From Camelus dromedarius (Eukaryota): DNA of 64,000 nucleotides. The stretch covers positions 40,488,001-40,552,000 of the forward strand of contig NC_087437.1 in the NCBI RefSeq assembly GCF_036321535.1. Reading direction: 5' to 3'. Within the stretch, counting starts at the first letter, position 1. Every line of letters starts with the position of its first letter. The notes below the pieces were generated by a model. It was not told where the DNA came from. It made no database searches and was given only the letters and a program-made list of their open reading frames with translations. A program made the translations under genes and the position numbers. Below, piece after piece: positions 41,860 through 54,300 of the stretch.

Positions 41860-43110
41860 TTAGTATATGAGAGAACCAATAGCTTTCCTTTATAAAGATA
41901 ATTCTCAATCAGAAAATACATTAGAAGAAAAGATTTCATCCATAGTAACTACATACTTTTTTATTTTTAATCTAGGAACTAACTTTAAAGAACTACGTAG
42001 AAACCATGGAATGAAAACTTTAAAAACCCAGTTGGGTGCCATAAACAAAACCTGAATAATGGGGTTAGGAAGAAGTAACATGTAAAAAGCAAACTCCCTA
42101 CAGATCAGTTTATAAAGAGCATAGTTCCCAAAAAAAATTCTAAAAGGATTTTTAAAAAATTGACAATTTCATCTGGAAAAATAAATGTTCAAGAATAAAC
42201 AGGAATATTCTGAAAAAGGAAATGTAAAGACAGAGTGCTTTTCCTCATTATGTATATTGAAAAACACCATAATCACATATATAAGAGTAGTAACAACTGA
42301 GAGAAAATATTTGCAGCACTTACAAAGGATTGCTATCTCTAATATAAAATAATTTAATCAAAAGAAATAGATGAGAAATCTACTTACAGAGGTGAAAATA
42401 GCTAATTCATAAATAAAAAAGCTCAGGGATCACTAGTAAGTAAAGAAACAAAGATTTTAAAGTAAGACATCAGTTTTCACCTATCAGATTAGAAAATAGT
42501 TAAAACTTAATCATTACCTGTAGGGAGTTAGGAAGGATACACTGTTGATGAGTATATACGTCATAACCTTTTTGGAGTTACTGTCATTCCAAAATTTTGA
42601 AATAATTCTCAAAATTGTAAGTGGGCACACTTTGAACCAATCAGTTCTATTTCAAGGAATTATGAGAAGTTTTTCAAGCACAGATACTTCAGTTCAGGAA
42701 TACTTACTGTATTATTCACTGAGGAAAAGTACTGAAGTACTGATACATGCTTCAACTTAGATCAACCTCGAAAACATCCTAAGGAAAAAAACTAGACATA
42801 AAAGACCACGTATTGTATGATTCCATTTGATATGAAATGTCGAGAAAAGGCAAATTTATAGAGACTGAAAATAATCAATGGTTGCCTAGGTCTGGCGGTG
42901 GGAGGAGAGGTTGGGGGAAAATGGGGAATGACTGCTAATTGGAAGGGTTATTTTTGAAGACGGGTTATAAAAATGTTCTAAAATGGATTATGGTGATAGT
43001 GACACAGCTCTGTGAACATACTAACAACCATTGAATTGTACACTCCAAATGAGTAAATTGAATGTGATGTGAATTATATCTCGATAAAGTTGTTATTAAA
43101 ATTTAGTAGA
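41860..43110 (+). mobile_element. Old L1 ORF2 and 3' UTR fragments
   Basis: aatagctttcctttata...tattgtatgattccatt...gtgaattatatctcgataaag. Confidence 0.7.
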
Positions 43111-43235
43111 TTATTTTTAACATTTAAAAAAATGTGAAACATTACCTCCTTAGGTAAAGCTTTTCAGAAGAGGTGGCATTTGTCCTGGGTCTTGTAAGAG
43201 ACACAGAATTTCAGGATTCAACTTGAAAGATGGTT

Positions 43236-43575
43236 TGTTATGTAACAGATCACCTCAAAGCTTAGGGGCTTTTAAAAACCCACCATTTTGTTTTACACTC
43301 TTTCACACTTCTGTAAGTTGACTGGCTCTGCTGGTCTCACTGGGGGTCTCTCATGCAATAGCAATCAAGTGGCAGCTGGGTCTGGAGTGATGTAGGGGCT
43401 CATCTGGGACGCTAGCATGTAGGTTCTCTTGCCCTCTCTGTGTAGTCTCAGGGCTTCTACTATCAGAGATACTTACATGGTGCTCCCAAAAAGCAAAAAA
43501 AGCAAAAGATGCCAGACCTTTATAAGGTTGACGCGTAGAACTGGCACAGCACCACTTTGTGGCTTTTTCTTAGTA
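43236..43575 (-). mobile_element. MLT1-like (MaLR) LTR
   Basis: tgttatgtaaca...cacctcaaagcttaggggc...ctgctggtctcactgggggtctctcatgc...agaactggcacagcaccactt. Confidence 0.65.
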
Positions 43576-43589
43576 CATGTTGTGATAGA

Positions 43590-45030
43590 GCCAGTCCAGG
43601 TGCACGTTGCTGTGCAGCCATCACCACTGTCCATCTCCAGAACTTTCTCACCTTCCCAAACTTGAAACTGTTTACCCATTAACTTCACCCAATAAAGTTA
43701 CTCTTTACCCAACTAATCTTCATTCCCTTCTCCCCTCAGCAGCTGGCAACCACCATTCTGCTCTCTGTTTCTATGAATTGGACTACTCTAGGTATCTCAT
43801 TTAAGTAGAATCATACCATATTTGTCTTTTTGTGACTGACTTATTTCACTTACCATAATGTCAAGGTTCATCCATGTTGTAGCACATATCAAAATTTGCT
43901 TCCTTTTTGAAGTTGAATAATACTATTTTGTATGTATAGTCATCCCTTGGTATCTTCAGGGGATTGGTTCCAGGGCCTCCCAGGGATACTAAAATCTGGG
44001 GATGCTCAAGTCTCATAAGTAAAATGGGGTAGTATTTGCATATAACCTATGCGTATCTTCCCAGATTCTTTGAAGAATCTCCAGATTATAATACCTAATA
44101 CAATGTGAATTCTATGTAAATAGTTGCCAGTATGTGGCAAATTCAAGTTTTGGTTTTGGGGACTTCCTGTATTTTTTTCTGAATATTTTCAATCCATGGT
44201 TGGTTGAATCCATGGATTCAGGATGCATAGAAATGGAGGGCCAAGTGTGTATACCACATTTTGTTTACCCATTCATCTGTCGATGGACACTTGAGTTGCT
44301 TCTACCTTTTGGCTATTATGAATAGTACTGCTCTGAACGTGGATATACAAATATCTGTTGGCGTCTCTGCTTTTAGTTCCAGAAGTGGAATTGCTGGATA
44401 ATATGGTAATTCTATGTTTTATTTTTTGAAGTAGCTGCATCATTGTACATTGTCACCATCAATGCACAAGGGTTCCAGTTTTTCCACATCCTTGCCAACA
44501 GTTGTTATTGTCTGTGAGCACTTGTGTCTGTGTGTTTGTGTTTTACAATAGCCATCCTTATGGGTATGAAGTGGTATCTCATTGATTTGCATTTTCCTAA
44601 TGATTATTGATTTTGAGCATATCGTGTGCTTATTGGTCACTTGCATTTCTTCTTTGGAGAAATACCCTTTGCTCATTTGTTTATTTGGGGTTTTTTTGGT
44701 CATTGTTTGCGAGTTGTAAGAGTTCTTCATGTGTTTTGAATATTAATCCCTTATCCGATATATGATTTGCCAATATTTTCTCTACTGGGCTGTCTTTTCA
44801 CTGTGTTAATAGTGTCCTTTTATGCACAAAAGTTTTAAATTTTGATGTAGACTGATTTATCTAGTTTCTTTCTTATTTGTGCTTTTGATGTCACATCCAA
44901 GAAATTACTGCCAAATCCAGTGGTGTGAAGCTTTCTCTCTTGGATTTAGGTCTTTGACCTAATTTGATTTAATTTTTGTTTATTGTATAAGATAAAGGTT
45001 CAACTTCATTCTTTTACATATGATTATGTT
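43590..45030 (-). mobile_element. L1MB-like 3' fragment
   Basis: ccatctccagaactttctca...ctggcaaccaccattctg...; minus-strand remnant VGKDVEKLEPLCI. Confidence 0.85.
43938..44248 (+). mobile_element. MER2-like DNA transposon nested in an L1
   Basis: tagtcatcccttggtatc...ggggattggttccagg...gtagtatttgcatataacctatg...gagggccaagtg; the host L1 sequence resumes on both sides. Confidence 0.8.
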
Positions 45031-46729
45031 TGAATATTTTATAGTGAATTTTTGTTAGTTTTTATAGGTTTGTAATGATATTGTGATTATATTAAGGACT
45101 TTTTATCTAGACTTATAGGTATTTGCTCAAAATGATATGGTGGAAGGGGTTAAGGGAATGAGTATGCAAGCAAAACAGGGTTTTGTAATATGTTTGAAAA
45201 TGTCCAAAATAAAAAGTTAAAAAAAGAAAGAGTTGGTGAATCAGGAGAATGGTGTTTTAGAAACCCAGACAGAGCTTCTACAAATAGTCAGTGGACAACT
45301 TGGTTAGATGGTATAGAGAAATCAACCAGAATAAAGGCAGACATGCCACTGATTTCAGCAGCTGCTTTCACAACCTTAGATACAGCAGTTTTAGTAGTGT
45401 TTGTACTAAAACATGATAGCAAAATTTTGAGAAATGCATGGAAGATAGGAACATGGAGAAAATGAGGTAGGATTACTCTTGATATTAAGAAAAGTTATTT
45501 CTAATAAATCTAAAAGATTATAAAGCTATGATGAAAAAAATACAAAAGTGTGAAGTCTAAAATCAAAGACCCTGCCCCCTTTTCTTCCCTTCTTCTCACT
45601 CAGCTCCTCCATTTTCAGCTGGCAGTTTACTCTTGAGACATGTGGCTACAGAATGAATGGAGTGGCACCCTGAGCAGGAGAGAAGATTTTTGAGAGGGGG
45701 ACTCAAACATACTATTGCCTGAGAAGAGCCAGTGGTAGGAAGGAAAAAATGAAAATGAGGCTGAGGAGAACTGTTGGAATAATACCCAGAGAAGATAAAA
45801 AGAAGTAGGGATTCAGTGGCCAAGTTGGAGAAAAGAACAGAGGCACTCATTTCTTTGAGTTAGCGGGAAAAGAGGTGCCTTCACTTTCTTGAGTACTGGA
45901 CCGAGTTCCCTTGCTGAGAGTGACTGAGGTTTGACAGGGTTGACGGCATCTCATGTATGTCAATGTTTGGTGTAACCACAGGAGTGCGCAAAAGAATGGC
46001 AGTGTGGACGACCCAACTCAGGCCCCAACTATGTTTCGCAATGACTTTTTCGTTGAGAAATGCCATTGTACGGGAAGATGTGCCATCTCATTGATTTCCA
46101 GGGATGGCTCGGTTCATTGGCCAGTTGACTAAGGGAGATGTTTCTTCCTTCCCACTCTCTACACAGAACTATGCATTTACACGTAAAAGCAGTCAAGTAG
46201 AACTGTCCTTCAGTCCACGGTACTTTAGTAGCTGTGCTTCCTTTCTGTGAGCCTCTTGAGCAGGCTCTCCAATGAAGGAAAATTTGACAAAATCATTAAA
46301 TAGAGACCTCAACTTGACCACACTGTGGCAATGAAACCACTTGCACGTCCTCTTTCAAAGAAACAGGTAACAGAAAACTTACTCCTGGCCATTAGTCATA
46401 TTGCAGTGACCATCTAAAAATGCGGTCAGTATAGATTCTGTTTGCTGTATTTTGAATATATACATTATTGAGAATTAAGTGGTTTTATATGTATAAAATT
46501 TGGTATCTATGAACCTCATGTAATATTTTGTAGAAATAGGAGTGAAAGTTATGTTACCTGCTTCAGAGAATAGAATTGTCTAAATAAGTATCTAAAGATT
46601 TGTTCTTGTCCAGTATTTCTCCATGTATATGCAATTGTTTTTCCTCAAGATTTTATAAAGTGGAAATTGTTTGCTAATCACATTTAGAGGGTATAAAAAG
46701 TGAGCTTTACTCTTTTTTATATTTTTTAG

Positions 46730-46819
46730 GAGACCCATGTACAGTATCATCTCAGTTGGAGTTAGAAGAAGCCTTTAGACTTTATGAGCTAAACAAGGAT
46801 TCTGAACTCTTGATTCATG
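46730..46819 (+). CDS. PRKCI: PRKCI exon 3 (PB1 domain)
   Basis: ttttttag|[38 protein letters not shown]|gtaaag. Confidence 0.97.
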
Positions 46820-48450
46820 GTAAAGGAGTAATTTTTTTACTCTTCTAGAGCTAAAATTTTTTGGAAAATAACCCTATATTCTTGCCCATTTAAAAATATA
46901 ATCCTGATGTCATTTGCTTAATCTTTATCCCCCAATGCTGTGTAATTGTCCTTATTCAGTAGTATCTCAAATGCTATAGAAGACAAAATCAATCAGCTTC
47001 TTATAATCTTGGGAAATTTGTTATTTGTGTATGCCTTCTTAGATAGTGAACTGTGATCATCTCAGTGTTTCACAGCAAAGTTTTAGCACAGAATTTAAGA
47101 ACTGAGAGCCCAGTAGAACCTAAGTCATCCCCTTGCAGTTTTGTAGTGTATGCAAATAATGATTTCCAAAGGTAAGATATCTTAAATGTCCTTTCTTTTG
47201 TTTGAGGGTTAATTGTGAAACCATTTACATAGTTATAATAAACATAAGTGTGTTAAATATCAGCAAGCCTGAGAGGTGGCAGTGGTACAGAAGAGGTCTA
47301 AACTCAGCCATCGTGTAACCTGGCACATTGCAGACCTATGTTGTAAATCTAGGCATTCTGATTCCAAATCTGTGTTCTTTTCATTCTGCCATGCTATCCC
47401 TCAAATTTTTTATTTCGTGTAGAACCTGTTTAATGCCCTTAATGTAACTGCAGTATATTGGCAGTATTTCACGTAACATTTTGGGGAGCTTTAGAAGACC
47501 AGACCTAGGGGATGCTTTAAAACTTGGAACAGATAATAAATCTCGCCTCAGTATAATGACTCATTTCCTTTGTACTCTTCTTTACAGTGTGTGTTTTTAA
47601 AAATAGTAGTTTGATTTTTGTCTACCTTCAGGATTATGACTCCCATGGGGTCATAGTCTCATTTGTTGAGATCCTGACAGAATTTTAGAAGTCATCTTTT
47701 GGTCATCTCTTTCTAGAATAAAACTAATGAATGTTTAAAGAAATGATTGATCAATAGTATTGAACAGTCAGTTTTTTATTGCTCTTTTAACTATTTCACA
47801 GATCTGTTTCAGAAGTTAGCTTATATTTCAACTTTTAAAAATATATTAGGAACAGTGCTTCCCAACTCTATGCTGTGTGTTAAACCATGTCCTTTTTTCC
47901 ACCACGGACCACAAATACTTGACTAGATGTTCATAAATGTATGATTTTGTTGTATTCTATCTCCTTATAAAAATAGTTTGAATAAGCATAAATCTATAGT
48001 TCCTAAGACAATACTTATATCTTTGGATTTGGGTCCTGTTTTCCATGTTATTTATTCCTAAGTTTAGTATACATCTTTTAAAAACAGTAATAGCATATGT
48101 TTTCATTTCTATACATTTTGTAATTTTAATTCTTCATCATAGCAAACTTGTCACTACAATAAGAATTTAAGGAAATAGTTAATGATTTATCTAATGATGA
48201 AAAATCAATTAGTGATGTAACAGGGACTGGAATGAGTAATTTGAGCTTTTAATGCATTGCTCATAGGTACTCTCATAAGAACTTCTTTTATTACAGCCTT
48301 GGTAAAATGGATCCCTTCCAAAGATAGTACTGACCATAAGAGAATATCAGGTTGAAATTTGTGTCAATTTATTTGATACTGGAATTTAAAAGTCTCTGTA
48401 ATTTGTATGTTTTAAGTATGCTGTATTAATTTTAGTTTATTTTTTTTCAG

Positions 48451-48501
48451 TATTTCCTTGTGTACCAGAACGTCCTGGAATGCCTTGTCCAGGAGAAGAT
48501 A
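48451..48501 (+). CDS. PRKCI: PRKCI exon 4
   Basis: tttttcag|[25 protein letters not shown]|gtgagt. Confidence 0.97.
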
Positions 48502-49784
48502 GTGAGTATTTATATACTTCATACCTTTAAATAGAGTTATTTACAACACAGTGGCACATGTGAAAAGAAATCAGAAATACAACTTTTAACTCATTTGACT
48601 TCTTTTTCATTCTTCCGAAAATATTTTAACAACTGCCCAAACTCTCTGCTTTTGCCAGATCAAAATCAGAAAGTTTTTAGTTACAACTTATGGACATAAT
48701 TGTCTGTTGAATATTTGAAAGGAAAATTAAGTTCATCTTAAGTCATTTCTTACTGTTTTGGGGAATTTTGGAAATTTTCAAACCTATGGAGAAGTTGAAA
48801 CAACATTGAAAACATTAAAAACAAAGATAGCCATATGTCTATTACCTAGATTCACCAATTATTAACATTTTCTGGGTTTGCTTTATCTCTGTATCTGTGC
48901 ACACATATGCTACATGTATATACATCACACACAGGCTTGTTTTATTTTATTTTATTTTTACTATCCCACTTGAGAGTAAGTAGCTGATATGACACTTCAC
49001 CTCTAAATACATTAGCATGCATTTTAGGAACTGTTATGGGATTTTCTTTTGAATGTCTAAAGTAATGATTAACATTAATGAGATGAATTGGAAGAGTCAA
49101 ACAACTGTTTGGTCTGATGGAATTTAAATATGCAAACTTATGTATGATCATAAGTTATTACTTTTGATACATAATATAATTTATAGGTTGTGGATATTAG
49201 GCAACTCATTTTCATTTGTAGTTTCTGCACATACGACTTTAGAAGGAATAGTGGTAAATGTTTTTGCTTTGTATTAAGTGAAATAGTTCTAACTTTTAAT
49301 TCTGTGATTCTTCATGTAACTTGGTGAAAAGGGAAAATTAAAGAACTATGGGTGTTTGTATATAGAGTTGAGTGGCGGTTATGTACTTTATAGGAAGATG
49401 GGGAAGTTCAAGGAATAGGTAGACCCCTGAAGCAATAGTGAAAAATCTAGGTTTGAATTCAGCGAGGAATATTTCACTGAATTTCCCGTGGCAGATGGAC
49501 TACAGCCAACGTGGGCAGCCTTCACAGAGGTTTTGGAGAAGCAGCTGTCCTCTTTGTGGAGGCCAGAATTGCCATTGTAGCAGATCTTGGTTTCAGAATC
49601 CCATCTCCAAATCTATTATGGGTCTGTAGTACTCTTCCCAGATAAAATATCATTTCCTAACCTTTCACTATGTTTCATGTTCAGTTTCCCTCTTTAAAAT
49701 TTGCTGGTAGGGATTTGGACACTTATCAATATAACTAAACTAGAGCCTGGAGGAAAATTGATAATTGTTAATATGGTCTCTTGG

Positions 49785-50248
49785 TGTGAAGGAAAAGCCG
49801 GGCTGGTCTAACAAGATAACTCACAAGTCTAGGAATGTGAAGGAGAGGCTGGGCTGGGCTAACAAGATAACTCACAAATCTAAGTATCGGAATACTGATC
49901 TGAGTTCTGCTGGACTAACTTGTAAATCTAAGTTAATTAGTGTTGTTTTGCTGTTCATGTTTTTTGCTAGCCAGCTGGATTTTCAAAGATATATATCTGG
50001 CTTTGGAATGTTGGTTTGCTGCCTCCCTGCCTCCACTTTTGTGATAATGATGCTGCTAAAGCCGTTCCATGCCTATTGGCTGAATACCCCAAGCTTGTAC
50101 TTTACCCTACAAAACCTCATGCGCACGTCTTGGAGGTGCTCAGAGCTTCGGAGCAGAAGCCCCTCTGAGCCCGCCGGCGTAATACATCTGAGCACTCCAA
50201 CCCTCCGAGTGGTGCTTGTTTCTTGGCTGGCCTGTTGTTTCCGTAGCA
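49785..50248 (+). mobile_element. Solo ERV1-like LTR (464 bp)
   Basis: TG...CA termini with 4-bp TSD TTGG (49781-49784, 50249-50252); 51-bp U3 tandem repeat; CpG-retaining R region. Confidence 0.85.
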
Positions 50249-50789
50249 TTGGCTCTTTTAATTTCTAGGCAACATTAACATGTTTACATTTAAGATATAA
50301 CAAACTGTAGTTCATGAAAGCTTCTGAAATAAGATGTTCTTTTAAATTAAGATAATAACAGAAACCTGCTTTGGTTACTTCTAACAGGATAAATAATTAA
50401 AAATAAAAGAATCTCTGAGGTTCTGTACAATGTTATCTCAAAATTTCTAATTCAGAGCATTTCAACTATTTTTTCTATCTTAATCTTAAGTAGTAGACCC
50501 AGTGTTACACTTGCTTGAAAATATGACTAGAAATGCAATGAAATCTCCACAGTATTACTATTACTGGAATCTTACTATTAATGACTAATAGACAATATAT
50601 ATAATGGTGATTGACTTAACCAAAATTACACCAGTGGACTTGACTGGATCTCATGGAACCTTTTAATTTGTTTAGGAAAGTATTTAAAATACTTAAAAGT
50701 ATTTAAAAAGTATAAGAGCCATTGGATAAAAAGTTGTTGCAGAAGAGAATATTCTTATGGTACAAAATGTCCCTTATAAAGTACTTACA

Positions 50790-51545
50790 AAAATACACTT
50801 TACAGGGAAGAAAACTAGCCATCACTGCCTTTAACAGAGTGATGGAACACCTAGTGGGAGTCAACAATCTTGCATTTGTGTATTTCTTCATGTGATGTAG
50901 TAAGAAAAACACATCACCTGTGTATTATTTTCACCAAAAGTATTTAATACTTTTTTATCTGGGAATTTTTTTTTTTTAATCTGGGAAGTGTGTTACAGAT
51001 CCTTAATGTATTTAACTCTAATGAGGACACTAACAAGTCCAGAATGTAGGACATAATACGACACCTGCCTAGATCCTTTAAAAAAAAAAAGGTCAACATC
51101 ATGAAAATAAACAACAAAGACAGAGTGAATGTTTTAGCATACTTTAGAGGACAAAAATGTATAACAGAGAAGTGCAATGCTTAAATCTTGATTGGATCCT
51201 GGGGAGAAAAAGAAAGCTATGAAAGACGCTTTTTAGGCAATAGGGAAATTTGCATATGAACTGTATAGTAGGCGAGATTGAATTAATGTTAATTTTCTAA
51301 GACATGGTAATGATATTGTGGTTGAATAGAATTAGGCAATGGATACTTAGATATTTAAGGGTAAAGTGTTACAATGTTTGCAATTTATTTTTAAATGATT
51401 CAGGAAAAAAAAAAAAGTATGTATAAACCAGAGAGGAAAGCTAATGTGCAAAATGACAGTAGTTGATAAATCAAGGTAAGGATGGAGGTGTTTGTTCTTT
51501 CAGATTTTCTTGGGCTTAAAAATTTTCCAAAATTAGAAGTTAGGG
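50790..51545 (+). mobile_element. L1MC/ME-like 3' UTR
   Basis: catcactgccttta...cttgattggatcctgg...aattttccaaaat. Confidence 0.6.
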
Positions 51546-51747
51546 GAAAATTAAGAAATAGAAAATCAGTAGTTATTTACTTTCATCTAGTCTCTTGATG
51601 AATCAGTTTTTTTACTTTCAGATTTTTATCAGTTTATATTTTTTCTTACAATGAATATCATGAAAAAAATCATGGACTTAATTATAAAATTACTTAATTC
51701 ACCCTTGCTTTTTTCTTTTTCTTTTTTAACTTTTAATCTCTTTTCAG

Positions 51748-51833
51748 AATCCATCTACCGCCGAGGTGCACGCCGCTGGAGAAAGCTTTATTGTGCAAAT
51801 GGCCATACTTTTCAAGCCAAACGTTTCAACAGG
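51748..51833 (+). CDS. PRKCI: PRKCI exon 5 (pseudosubstrate, start of C1)
   Basis: ttttcag|[33 protein letters not shown]; |gtaaac. Confidence 0.98.
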
Positions 51834-51930
51834 GTAAACCTTAAGTTTGTTGAACGTTGATAATTTGAAAAATCTGTTTTTTCCCTCTCTGCTGTGAAAG
51901 AAAGGTTGTTATTCCCTTCTAAAGAGTAAG

Positions 51931-52059
51931 TAGGCTGATCTAAAAGTCCCAGTTTGCCTGGGGCAGTACATCTTTATCTTGTGGCAATTTTTAATAGCAT
52001 CTCCTTTGACTCTTAAAAAATGTTCCAGATTGGATGATTAATTATATGGTTTACCCTAG
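51931..52059 (+). mobile_element. MER94-like hAT-Blackjack fossil
   Basis: taggctga...cccagtttgcctgggg...ttggatgattaattatatggtttacccta with imperfect TIRs. Confidence 0.6.
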
Positions 52060-52420
52060 CTGTAAGAAAGTTGGATTTTTTAATATAATTTAAGAAAGCC
52101 AGAAAATAAACAAGGTTTATTTTGCAAACCATTTACTTTTGCACTTTTAGTTTTCACTGTTTAGAAAGTGGTAATCGCAGACATTTATCTAGTGTTTACT
52201 GTATACCAAGCACTCTTCCAAAAGACAGTGACTCTTTTGTTCCCTTACAAGAACCTTATGAGATATGTACTATATATTTCCATTTTATAGAGGAAGAAAC
52301 TGAGTTGCAGTTAACTTGCCCAAGATGACACAGCTCTTGATAACTACAAATGTATGGACTCCATTCCTATTCTAGGGCTAGTGTTACGTTCTGAATTTAT
52401 TAATATAAATAGAAGCCACC

Positions 52421-52454
52421 AAGACTATACTTTCAGGGATCATTTCTATAGTTC
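52421..52454 (+). pseudogene. U3 snoRNA 5' fragment (tailless retropseudogene)
   Basis: AAGACTATACTTTCAGGGATCATTTCTATAGTTC equals nt 1-34 of mammalian U3 as recalled; flanked by the perfect direct repeat ATAAATAGAAGCCACC (52405-52420, 52455-52470). Confidence 0.93.
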
Positions 52455-52952
52455 ATAAATAGAAGCCACCACCCAACTTTCCTAACCTGTTGTTCCCTTT
52501 AGCACTGATATTTGAAAAGCTTTGAAATGAGAAATCCTTTAGGTGTCTAAGAGAAGAACAAGGCTTTGATTTGACCTCTGAACAGTCTGGAAGATTTCCT
52601 TGTGAGTCCTTGCACAGCTTTTTCTGCCATATGTTTCTCTAGTTTAATTCACTTTTCCTATTTTCATTGCTCTGTACTTAATTAGTGAAGATTGAAAATT
52701 CTTGGACTTAGAAAACAACATGGTTGCAAATTTCACTGTCTATTTTATTTTTGCTGTCTTCTTTAAAACAAGCTCTCATTTCTGTTTATTTTCCCGAGAT
52801 CATGAACTTTGTACAAGTTATATATGATGATGGGAATTGAATTAGAGAAGAAAGCCATTTATTGTCACTATTTCATGAGCAAACTGTTGGGAAATGATTA
52901 TGACTTTTTTGTTGTTGTTGTTAATAAAATGCTATTGCATTACTCCCTCCAG

Positions 52953-53093
52953 CGTGCCCACTGTGCCATCTGCACTGACCGAATATGGGGGCTTGGACGC
53001 CAGGGATATAAGTGCATCAACTGCAAACTCCTGGTCCATAAGAAGTGCCACAAACTTGTCACAATTGAATGTGGGCGGCATTCTTTGCCACCG
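52953..53093 (+). CDS. PRKCI: PRKCI exon 6 (atypical C1 zinc finger)
   Basis: ctccag|[50 protein letters not shown]; |gtaaga. Confidence 0.98.
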
Positions 53094-53649
53094 GTAAGAC
53101 GCAGCTCTCTGATTTTTTTAATAGAGCATTTTTGATAACACTGCTAATACAGAGGGCTAAAATAGAGGAGTGTTAAGGAAATCACAGCTCAACAATGTCG
53201 TTAAAGAACGTGGGTAGGAATCCTTTAGGAGTTAGATAATATATTGTGGACTTTGAAATTGTTATTACCAGTTTGTTTGTAGGATATGGTTAACTTCTTT
53301 GACCCGCTACAAAATTGCTTTGGTCTAATTAAGAAGATGTAAGGAGAAACATTTAAAAGATATTTTTTTCTTATTTAAGCTAAACTCATTAGTTTATAGT
53401 TTATAACTCCCATTATTCTAGCATCTGCACTAAGCAGACATCAGGTAAGAAGAGTCAGAGGCTTCATGTTTATTATGTAAAGTGTGAGATTACTGGGGAA
53501 TTTTTCACTTTATGTTTTAAATATGAAATTAAAACATGTTCAATGGAGAAGAAATAGAAAATTAAAATAAAGAAAGAAAAATAAAAATCCTCCATGAAAT
53601 CTACCATCTAAAGACAATTGTCATTTGGCATATATTCTTCCAGAACTAT

Positions 53650-54300
53650 GCAAACTTAAATGGGAAAATTTTAAACATATATAAGAGCAGATGGAACAGT
53701 ATAATGAACTTCCGTATAATAATCATCCAACTCCAGTAGTTATCACCTCACAACAGTCTTGTTTCATCTGTACCCTCAGTTCACCTGTCCTCACCCTATA
53801 TTATTTTGAAACAACTTTTAGACATATCTCTAAGAGATAATGACTCTTTAAAAAAAAAAAAAAACTAGCTAAAAAACAAATTCCTTGTATCAAATATCCA
53901 TCCTGGCAGTATTCAAAATTTCAATTGTCTCATAAATGTTATAATTTTGTTTTCATAATTTTCATTATGAATCAGGATCTAAATGAAGTTCATATTTGAA
54001 GCTGATTGATACTGTGTCTTAGATACTGTTCAATTTACTGATTCTTCCATCTCTCTCTTTTTCCTTACAATTTAATTGTAGAAGAAACTGTTTTGTCACT
54101 TAAAGAGTTTCAGAATCTTTCTTTTTGCATCTCCATGGTTACATTTAGAATGTTCCCCAATCCTCTGTATTTTCTGTACATTATGGTTGAATGTAGGAGA
54201 TTGATTAGATTCTAGTTTTTGTTTTTTTGTGGGTTGAGACTACTTCATAGAATGTGGAGCGTTTATTCATCAGAAGGCATGTAAAGTTGGTTGTGTTTCG
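53650..54300 (-). mobile_element. L1MC-like 3' fragment
   Basis: gaaaattttaaacatata...acagtataatgaac...cttgtttcatct...gaatcaggatctaaa. Confidence 0.6.

Noticed and set aside
49765..50268. 167-aa ORF with a repeated WxNKITHKS motif
   Set aside because: Coincides with the solo LTR; the peptide repeat only reflects the 51-bp DNA duplication.
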